Origin: Raillietiella orientalis
Lineage: Eukaryota
Direction: 5' to 3'
Length of the DNA stretch: 64,000 nucleotides
Assembly (NCBI GenBank): GCA_036172245.1
Contig: JAYWIR010000003.1
Coordinates: 4,898,001-4,962,000 of the forward strand
The translations under genes and the position numbers were made by a program. Positions 1-10,000 of this stretch are shown in pieces. Each line of letters opens with the position of its first letter. The first letter of the stretch is position 1. Under the pieces are notes generated by a model. It made no database searches and was not told the DNA's origin. It was given only the letters and a program-made list of their open reading frames with translations.

Positions 1-3000
1 CTACGAGCGTCTCCTTTCCTCTCCCCAGGGCCAGGATGGAAAGCCCGAGGGCATTTCCTCGCCTCTCCTCGAAGGCGTCCCATGCGCCCGACGCCGAATC
101 GGGAGGATGCGTGGAAGTCGGTTCTATGGCGGATGCGGGTCAGGGGTCCACGAAGTGGGGGAAAGCAGGGTGAGAAATACCTTGCCTTAGAGCGCGCCGG
201 GACTCCCGCCCTAGGAACTCGACTCGGCACCTGGGCTCGTAGGGCTCGCGACTTCATGATTCCTCCGATGCATCTCTTAGCAGCTTCCTCGCCTCCCTGT
301 CCCACCCGACCGGCCGAATTACGGGCATCGCTGGAAGACCACGCAGAAAATCTTCCGTTTGGGAAGGTCATGAAAGGTCGGCCGGCCTTGACAGGAACGC
401 GCTGAGAGGAAAGGGTTCCGAACTTCGCAACCCATCCGGAGCTTCACGGAGAGGAAGCTCGCGGAGGAACCCTGTGGAGGGAAGGAGCAGCAGCAGCATC
501 CAGAGCGGCCCCTTGTTCGTCCGCAAATGAAATGCAAAAGGGTTGCGGAGGAACAATGAAACCTCCCGTTTTTTGCAATCGGAGGAGACGCGGCTTCTGT
601 CGATCCCACGCGGATTAGGAGTCCTCTTGGCGCACGGGTCACGTGAAAGTTTGCAGTTCCCGGCCGCCGCTGCGACGCCAGTAAACGCGCAGAAAGCTTC
701 GACTGCGGCGGTGCGCCCCCGCGCGAGAACCTTCCCGAAGCGCGCGGCCAGCGAAGCGACACTTTGAATGGTGGCCTGTTTATTCGCTCCCTGCTGACCC
801 GGAGAACATCTTCCTCCCTGAGGCGGGGGCGCGTCCTCCCTTCGCATGCTCCCGCGTGGCTTCCGCGGAACTCTGCTCGCGCGGAGGCACGGCGGGGCTG
901 GTTGCTCGTCGAGCAATGAGCACTGGTGGTCAGGGTGCGGAGAGAGCGGTCGATCGACGGCGCTCTGCCAGTGTTCTTCAGTCTCGGTGTGAGCTTCCGG
1001 TGCGCGCGCCGACGGAGGACTCTCCCTGTCTCCCATCTTCCACCCCTTCTCCCCTCCCCGTCTACCCCTCCATCGGCTAGCTCAAGCACGCGAGGGTGCT
1101 GCTGCAGAGCCGCATAGGGTTCCAGCGAACTGGACGGCACAGCGCAAGCTGCGACGTTTCGGCGCGGCTCCGCCGGATGTCGCGAACGCGGGACGTCGGC
1201 AGCGCTGACACTCTGGCTCGTGATGCAAGCGTTGGGGATGGAGCAAGCGCCATCGTGGTGCACACCTGCACGTACGGCCACTCCCCCCTCGCCCCTGAAT
1301 CTCAGCGGCTCGTCGCGCCCGTTTGGGAACGTGTGGTGAGTCCCACCCACAGGTCCAACATGGACGTAATGGAGAAGGAAGGCCCGCGTCTGCGCCGTCC
1401 CGCGCGGCGGCTCCGTGCATTGGGAACCTCCCCTTCCCCAACGTCGGTGGACCAGCGGATTCCGACCTCACCCTGCCGTCGGACTGGACGCCAGGGCACG
1501 CTCAAGCAGGGGCACGGAAGACGACGTCCTGCCGGAGATTAGGGCTCTCGAAGGAATCTCTCGCTGAAGAAAGGAGCGGTCCTTCTGCTGGATGTCCAAC
1601 TTTGTAGCCCAGCAGGTCGGATCGGCCGCTTTGCGAGCGCACAGAAGTCCCTGTGGCGACGTCCCTGGTCAAACGGCTTTCCGAAGGATGTGAAGCCCCA
1701 TTTCCCCCATTCCTGTCTGTGGAATTCACTGGATTTTTGGCAACGTATCGTTCAGCAAAGAACAGCAGCCGCAGCGAAGAAAGGAAGGGGGGAGGGGGAA
1801 ATAGCTTTCATATCAACGAGCAGATGATCCCCGACGACTTTGCGAGGAGCTTCCCCTCGGAGGATCAACTCCAGGGCCCCCTAATGAGCCGTGTGGGAGG
1901 AATTCGATTTCGTCTATTCCGGACGCGCGTTCTGGCAGGAGCCCCTCCGCCTTCTTTTCTGCTCGACATGGCAAAAGCAAGAATGAGAAGAATGCTTCCC
2001 AGCCACGCGCTGTTTGCTAGGTAACCTCAGGAACGCCTACGCCTACGCCGCATTCTTGGTTGGAAGCGACAGGAGTGCGTCTCCCTAGTCGTGCTAGGCG
2101 GCGCCGCTGCCGCTGTTGAAGCAGCAGCGTATTTTTAAAGAAAAACATTCCTTTCAGCCTCATCCTGGTGCCACGGGGTGCTGAAGAATCCGTGGAAAAC
2201 AACTGCCGCGGTTTTAAATTCACGGGGGAGTGGGAAAGGGGGAAGGGGGGGGGGGAAAAGAAAGGTCTCAGTCGGGCCGGACTAGTCTTCGAGAGTAGCG
2301 AAGGGACGCTCTGCGTGACGGCAGTGCCTCTTGCGTCGAAACGCAGTTTTCGCTTCCCGTAGCCATCTGACGGTTTCGGTCGACGCACACGCGAATCAGA
2401 ACGGGCAGGAGAACAAGCTTCCTGATCTGCAGGTGCTTCGGAAGACGGTCGGTCAGCATCCTCAAACGAACCGAGAGTGAACATCTCCCTGCTGGATCCA
2501 GGAGTTTGGGCTTGACATGGGAGAAGCGAACGAACACGACGCTACCAAAGACCGGGATAGGCTGCAGCACTCTCCTTGCAGCACTCGCTAAAGGTTCCAA
2601 AACTTCGAGGCTGCTGGAGCCTTGACCGTCGAGGAAGAAAGGACACGGACTTGGTCCATCAGAAGGCAAAGGAGGGAAGAGTTCAGAGATATTCTTAAGG
2701 ATCGCACGGTTCCATGTGTGGTTCCATGTGTTTTTCCATGTTCTCCGAAACGCTTGCCCTATTGGATTCCCTGGGAAAGACACGCCTGCACGCAGAGGTC
2801 ACACGCCGGTAGCAGCGGAGCACGTTTCCGCGGTCGACTAAGAGGATCGCTCCAGAAAAGTCGGCTCAAGGAATCGCCCCGGTTTTCCCCTTGGCGGGGT
2901 GTTTTTTTTTCACCCCGCGAAGTCATCTTCCAGTCTCCACCCCTTGGTAGGACCTTCGATTCACTCGCGAGCGGCCACTGTCGCGCGCGTCCGTTTCACC

Positions 3001-3539
3001 CAAGCCGAAGTCGTGCGAGGTGGACGCGAAGAATCGGAGATCCAGCGAGCGAGCGAATCGATGGAGGAGGGTCTCCGAGGCGACGGCGGCGACAGCTTGC
3101 AGCTACGATTCCATCTCACTTCTTTCCGGTGGACCTCGGGCGCAACACGGAGGCGAGCGGAAAACTAATCCTCCCAGTGTGGTGCCGTCCCGAAAAAACG
3201 AGATCGGAATTACTGTTCCTGCTGTAAACGAAGAACGGTACGGATTCTGAGAGTGGGCTCTCGAAAAGTCGACGGCCTCACTTTTCGCCGCAAAGTCTCG
3301 GAATGTGTTACTTCGGTCAGTGAGCGAAGAATGCGCGCGTACTTTGCGCGCTATCGGAAAAAACAAACAAACAAAAAAAAGACCGACGAAGACTAGGGAC
3401 GTTTGAAAAACAAAGTCTGGACTTCGAAAGTTCTTCTCGGGAGCTAAGTACCTCAAGAGCCGGTCGCGTGCCTCGAGACGCACGTGACTCTTTAACACCG
3501 TTCCACGCCACCCGCGAAGGGTAAGTGTAATCCTTCAAG

Positions 3540-4170
3540 ATAGGGGGGCACCCCGAAGGGGGGATCCGCCCTATGAATCCAGAAAGGGATTAGAGTCCGT
3601 TTCTCTCACTCTTAGGTGAGATCCCCCCCGGGAGGGGGGATCTCACCTCCCACCCTGCTTGTCTCTGAAGGGGAAGCCCGAAGGGAATCTCCTTCCTCAT
3701 TCTCTCCGGAGGGACACCCCCCGTAATGGGGGGTGGTCCTCTCCATTTCAACTTCTCCGAAGGGAACCCGGAAAGGATCCGCTTCTAGGAATTTCTTCTC
3801 CGGAGGGAACCCTCAAGGGAACCGCTCCTGTTCACTCCACTGAAGAGAACCCCGAAGGGACGCTTCCGAAACTCAGAAGGGGCGCTGCAGCTTCCCTCAG
3901 GGGGGTCAATCTCGCTTGTTTCCTTGCACTTTTCTGGAGAGGAGGCGACTCGGAGGGTCCGCCCCGCAACGGGGGGGTCCGCTCCTTTGAACAACTGGAG
4001 AGGTGCCTGTGAAGGCTCCTGAGACTCCCTAAATCTCGAAACCGGAGGGGTCCCCCCGGTAAGGGAGCTCCGCTTTCCGTTGCACGACCGGAGGAGGAAC
4101 TTCCCAATGTTTTAGTCCTGGGAGGATCCGAAGGTCGCCTCCCATTGTTCCGGCCTTCATCGGGAGGCCT
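3540..4170. repeat. Degenerate tandem array of about 13 GC-rich hairpins, period about 40-50 bp
   Basis: Units resemble G(G/A)AGGGAACCC-loop-GGGATCCGCT(C/T)C separated by short pyrimidine/AT-rich spacers, e.g. 3540-3574, 3614-3648 (perfect 15-bp stem), 3667-3695, 3708-3744, 3759-3785, 3802-3828, 3842-3866, 3952-3985, 4120-4143. Confidence 0.7.
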
Positions 4171-4555
4171 CCGGCTTAATTCACCGCCACGCCCGAATGC
4201 CTCGGCCCACCAGCGCCATCTTGCGGGAGGAACTCGGAGCCCAACGACGCAGTGGCGTCAGCTTCTGCCGGAGTATTGGACCCCGCGACGCACGGTGCCA
4301 CGCGCGGAAGCCTTAACCACAAAGTCTCCGACGCGGGCGCCGGCAGCGTCCCCAAGGAAAACACGTTGTCACGCCTTTCCGCTCTCATCTTCCATCCCGT
4401 CGTTCTCGCGCGTTAAATTCGAGCTCCCAAAGTATTCCCAGTCCTTCGAACGAAGCAGCGTCCTTGGAGAAGAAAGAAGAGCGAGCGTTTCCATTTCTGT
4501 GCTGAAATGTTCCCGAAGAGATTTCTCGGTTTACGCGTTGCGCACTTTCGCACAG

Positions 4556-4660
4556 CCGCATAACAGCCTCCACTGCCAAAATTCTGATTCTGCTGTTGAG
4601 CTCAGCAGAAGCATCGACAAGCAGGACATCAGAATTTCGGCAGAGGGGGCTGTTGAGCGG
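4556..4660 (+). repeat. Long imperfect inverted repeat (~45-bp stem), pre-miRNA/hpRNA-like or MITE remnant
   Basis: CCGCATAACAGCCTCCACTGCCAAAATTCTGAT (4556-4588) pairs with ATCAGAATTTCGGCAGAGGGGGCTGTTGAGCGG (4628-4660) with 3 mismatches and 2 G-U pairs; the stem continues inward (TCTGCTGTTGA / TCGACAAGCAGG). Confidence 0.7.
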
Positions 4661-6599
4661 TCTCGCGACACGGAACGCAAACAGGAGCGAAAGAGTGCCA
4701 GACCTCAGCAGGTGATGGGGGCTTCAGGGAAGGAAGGAAGGAAAGATTTACTGGAGGTGACCGCAAAACTTGGAAGGTGGCTTTCTGTTGCACAGTGCGC
4801 TCGCGCATCGTCAGTTTCTTAGAAAGTCATCCTGAGAGCTGCGCCGGGTGCGCAGGTCAGCCGGGGCCCACAGCAGCACACTGAAGGCTCCCGTTGGATC
4901 ATGAGCACTCGCAACAGTTCGCAGCATCTCTCAAAAGAAAAAAAAAAACGCTTTCCTCGTGTGGTTTGCGTGCGTTCGAGCTTGTTCCCGTCTTTCATGG
5001 GGAGTGTGTGAGGCGGCGTGTATGTCTCGGCGCCCGCCTTCGTTGTTTGGAGGAAGGGAGTCTGGTCTTCGGGAATCCACGCTTCTATCGACGAGCTCCA
5101 AGAGCCCTGCAAGTGCCAGTCTGGATCGCGAGGACGCAGGGCAGGGGGTGAGGAGGAGGAACAAGCAACAACCAACGACCGTTGGAAGCAGAGATGGGGT
5201 CACCCCAAACGAGAGAACCTCGGGAGTTGCGGGGAAGAAGTTCGCGACCGCACGGCTGCCGGAGTGCAGAGGTCACGGGAAGGCGCCATAACCGCCGGTG
5301 GTCCGTCTGCGTCGGATAGGACAACGAGGCGACTGCATAGGGCTCTCTGCATCTCAGCATCGCTCTGCGTAGTCGGAAGCTGATCTCTTCGCCCAGCTTC
5401 CGTCTCCGCGTTTCTCCCGACTTCTTTCCTCAACAGAACGTTTTCGACAGCGCGCCGGAGAGGCAGGGATAAACACACATACGTGGCTGCTTACCTGTGA
5501 TCAGGAGAAGTGCAGAGAGTGCCGCTTGCGTGCTAGCAGAGACGGATAAGTAGCAAATGTGCTGCTCGAGAAACGGAGATTTTTCGCCAGAAAAAAAGAA
5601 AAAGAACAAAGCAGAGCGGAATTTGAGCGAGAGTTCCCCCCCGGATCACCATGGACGCCGCAACAATGCAGCGCCGCCGCCGCCGCCGGCCGGGGCCTGC
5701 GCGGAAGGAGAGGGTGGCATGCCTGCGTGGTTTCCTTTTCCGTCCGCGCGAGCAGCGACCTCGAGAACGTAGGGGATCGCCCATGGAGACGCAGCCCGGG
5801 GGTCCCTAGGAAGTCGCCAGCGGGGTCGGTGAGCGATTGCACTTTGTTTTATTGCAGTTTTGCGTGGGCTGCGCTGTCCCAAAGTTGGGTCTGTAAGGGC
5901 CCCTTTTGCCTCCGTCACTTTTGCGTGCCGGGCATCAAGTCCTGATTGAGTGGACCATGATGGGGGGCGGGGAGGTCAGCGAGCTCATCCGAAGTGCTGC
6001 TGGCCGTGGGGCGGATTCCCTGCTTCGACCGTTGGCCTTTGTAATTCTCGCAAAAAAAAAAAAACAGAAAAAAGAAAACCTACCGGAAAAATTACCTTTG
6101 GAATGGTCAGCAGTGGGGGTAGCTTTGGGTGAGAGTGCGATTCGTCGAAGGGAAGAATCGGAAGGGTGCCTTTTATGAAGCATTTCATATCTTCTCGTGT
6201 TTTGAGTGGCGGACGATTTCTTCAAAAAACAGGCGTGGAATCTTATCTTGACTTTTCGTTAATTGATCACGGATTAATTTTTTTTTTTTTTCATTCGAAA
6301 CCTGATACTCCTGTTGGACAACCCGGTCGGCTTCTTCCATGCACAAGGAGATGCCATGTCCCGCGGGGATAAGGACTTCGACCCGAGGAACACCGTGCAA
6401 CGTGCGGTTTGCTCCGCCATCCTCGGTGAAGACGCCCGGTCTTTCCGGTTTTGGGACGGAACCTTCGAAAAACCCCACGCTGCTTTGCTGCGTGGGTGAA
6501 CGGTGGGACGCGGTGGGGGCTTCCCCTCGATGGCTGGTGGCACTGGAGGAGGGCTTCTACCAAGCGCGGATAGCGAAAGGCGAGGAAGATCCGGAGTGC

Positions 6600-7050
6600 G
6601 CGACCGCTGGACCGTCTCGATACGAGTCCCAAGTGCCCACGAGAGCCTTCGCAAAGGGTGTCGTCGAAGAGGGTCTCGGGATGGAATCGCGTGACCCCGG
6701 GGAGGACCGTGGCGGTGGGGTTCGATCCTTTCGCATGCTGGCAAAGTAAGTGCCTTCTGCAGGTGAAAAGATGGTGAAGACGGGTTCATCTCCGAGGGAG
6801 CAAACGAGCGCCGCGTTCGTCAAATGATGCTGGACTTGAGCGATTCACCAGCGCCCGGAGGCGAGGTCGACCTCCATCTGTTTCCTGGATGTTCTTCCCA
6901 GATAGGCAGGGGGTGGAGGCGATCAGAGAGTCTGGATTGAAAACTTTCCGGAGGGTGCGCCGTCCCCGTCGACTGGCAGCCTGGTCTGGCCCTACGCAGG
7001 ACCACGCCTGGTCACCCCGATCATCAACCAAGGAGTGCCACGTCGGATGG
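6600..7050 (-). mobile_element. Highly decayed Ty3/Gypsy-like reverse transcriptase fragment
   Basis: Frameshifted translation FNPDSLIASTPCLSGKNIQETDGGRPRLRALVNRS...LLPRR/DEPVF...EGTYFASM...SRDSIPRPSSTTPFAK follows the order of Gypsy RT motifs (PS.SP.ASP, DG..RL.VDYRALN, LPRIDE, YFS.LD, DIPKTAF.TPFG). Recognised by eye only. Confidence 0.45.
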
Positions 7051-10000
7051 TGCCAGCTCTGGAGCTCCACTTCCGTTGCATCCAAAGTGGCTTCCTCCTC
7101 GGGTGCTTCGGGTTCGCCATCTTGAGAACAACCGGTTCCTTCGGCGCCAAAGACTCTGGCAGCCATTCTCGCGCGTTCCCTGCTGGACCGGGAGGTGTTC
7201 CCTCCCGGAAACATGGCGTCGGACGCCTTTCTTCCGCGTCACGACGCGTGGGTCCCCGGGACGCTTGTTGGACCGTGGGAGTGGCTTTCAGCGGACGTCC
7301 CGTGGAGTCCCGGCGGGTTCAAGGTTGCTGCAGGCGGAGAGAGCACCTTCCCGGACGGGCAGGAGGTTCGGGAAGATCCGCGGCGGCGAGGTGTCTCCTC
7401 CCGCTGCCCGCATTCGTTTGCCGCGCCTCCAGCAAGGGGGAGGGAGGGGGGGGGGGGACGCTGCCTCGCCAGTCGGCGGATCCCGTCGCGCCAGCGGCAA
7501 CGGTCCGTTCCCCCGCGCGTCCCGGATCCGTTCGGGATGCGGGGCGAACTCAGAAGGCTTTCGAGCGCGTCGGTCGGTCCTCGGCTAGGCTGGGAGTCCG
7601 CTGCCCTCGGGTTGGTCCTGCCTCAGGCGACAGCTACGCTCTCTTTCGCCGGGCTCCCTCGGATTGCGTCCAGCAGAAGCAGGCATTTCGCGGGCATCCC
7701 TTGCGGGGGGTGTGTGGAGGGGGCAGTGAGGGTAGTGGGAGGGGTAGAGCTGGCGTGCGGTTTCTCCATCTCCTGAGAAGGAGGTCCGGGCTCCAGCTCG
7801 CACCCTCCACACCTCCCGTCCCGTCCCGGCGATTGTGGCCGGCCCACCGGCGCAGACGACAGAGGCGTGCCCTCACAAAACGGTGGTGGATGAAGGGGGG
7901 GGGGATGCCATGGCGGCATTCGGAGGCAGGGGTCTCCGTGATGCATCGCTTGCCTCGTGGGGAACTTTCCTGGGGGCTGACGACTTCCCTCTTGATGGGC
8001 GAAGCTGGTCAGGAGTCTGGCCAGGAGCCACGGAAGGGGGAGGAGCACCCACAACGCGATGAACAATGTCTAAAGCGGGGGAAGGGGTGGGTGGGGAACA
8101 CGCATGTACGGTCCAGGTGTTTCCGTTAGCTGCGCAAGCAGGGGTCGCTGCACGTGACCGGGGTCGCAGTCACCAGACGAAGCGGGCACAAAAGGAAAGT
8201 TCCTCACGCACCTCCCCTTCTCTTCGATTGCTCCCCCCCCCCCCCCCCGAAGCCGAAGGAAGCACGAAGATGAAGAAGCAAAAACACCAGCCCTGCGTGT
8301 GAATTTTCCGAGCCACGCGCGCTACCAGCAGGTTCGCACGGTCGCACGAGCGAGGCGGTGCGAGCCAACAGTTCGGCGGCTGCCGCCCGGGTGACGAGGA
8401 GGCCGCCTGCGCGCCCAAGAGGACCACCTCCCGTAGGTGGCGGGGCGCGCGCGACGCCGCGGATTCCCGCAGAACTGCGTAGCTGCTGCGCAGCGGCGCC
8501 CCTCATCTGCGAGGCGCGCACTTGTTCCCTCCGTGACGACCCACATGCTGAGCCGAGGAGGGACGCGCCGCACGCGCGCGCGCGCACTTGGGTTTGGCAT
8601 TCGGGATCGTTGGCTCCCTCCCTCCTTGCTCCCGCCATGGCGGCGAAGAGGGGGAAGGAAGGGGGGAAAGCCGGCGTGCCACTTGCGGTCTCGCCAACTT
8701 TTTTTTTTTGTCCGACGCGCGTTCTGCCGGGCGGCGGCAGCGCGCCATCTCCTGGCACGCGGCGGGGCGGAACCTGCGCGCGTGCCGGGGTGGGGGGGGC
8801 GACACCGCTCACGCAACCTCCCCGACTTTCGGTTGGGAGTGGCCTGGGAGTCGCCACGCTCGACAGCCAGCGAGGCTCTTCGGTGCGCGCGCCACCGAAG
8901 CCGCGTGCTCTTCCACGCCAGCCGCGGGGACCGCGCGCCACGCCTCGAACCGCTCCTCGAAGACTGCCGACTCGACGTCGACTCGCTGCGGTAGCGGAGA
9001 GGCAGCGCCGCCCGGCGTGACGTCGAGGAACGAAGCCGGCACGGCCCAACGCGCGTGCGCGGGCCGACTTTCCCCCCCGGGTGAGCGGCGGCGCTCCCCG
9101 GGAAGGGCGATTCCGAGATCGGCGCGAGGCTCCCGGGAACGGGGGTTTCCCGGAGGAAGCGACGGCAGCGGAGCGGAAGGTCCGCGAAGGTGCCGCAGGC
9201 CGCGGGAGGCTGGCGCGAGGTGCTCGTCGCCGCCCCGCGGGGAACGGACTGCCCGTCCCGGATCGGACCGGAGGGGGAGGAGGTCCACAGGGGAGTTCGC
9301 AGTATTTTTGACCCTCGGCTCCCTCGCTCGGCGCGCCCTCCCTCGGCAGGCTCCGGAACCAGGAGGTCCCTCGAAGATCGAAAGTCCCTCGAGGTGGTCC
9401 CTCGAAGGGCTCAGACGGCCTTCGCGGGAGGGCCGGCTGCAGCTTCGGGCTGCAGCAGGGAGCGCTTCGGTCGGACGGCCTCCCCACAGACACACTCTTC
9501 GGTGCCGCGCGGCGGGCACCCCCCGCCGTCCCGGATGCTGCGTGCGGCTTCCTTCTCCCTGGCGGCGCCGCTCTCTGACCTCTCGCGGACCCACGCGCGC
9601 GGTGGCGCACGTCGTAAGAAAAAAAGGGAGAGAAAGAGAGAGAGAGAAGAGAAACGCGGCTGGGGATTCTTCGTGCGGGCGGAGGAGGGGGCAGACCGAG
9701 ACGAGCGAAATTCGGAGATGGCGCGGAGGCAGCGAGCTCGTGGGCTGCTCTCTCGCTTGCATCCCCGCCGACCTCTTCCGGGAGCAGGGAAGGGTCCGGG
9801 AAACGCGCGCTCTCCTCGCGGCCACTGGGCTTGTGACCGGCGTGCCCCCCACGGCCCGTCCAATCATTCTGAAAGAGCTCGCGCGCGCTGGCCGGAGGCC
9901 TGGTCGCCACGGTCGCTCCCGTGGCAACCAGTTTTTCCCGTCGCAGGCGCGACGCTCCATACACTTCCATTTTTTTTTCGACATCTCCTTTCGCACGTAG

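Noticed and set aside
2480..2710. Possible Gypsy protease/linker remnant (WIQEFGLD, EEFRDILKD)
   Set aside because: Two short motif resemblances only; not supportable without a profile search.
3830..3915. Hammerhead-like core CTGAAGAG...CGAAAC...GTC
   Set aside because: Stem II is poor and no stem I partner follows the putative cleavage triplet.
3540..4170. CRISPR array interpretation of the hairpin-spacer pattern
   Set aside because: Eukaryotic context, repeats far too divergent, spacers only about 10-20 nt, and no cas genes.
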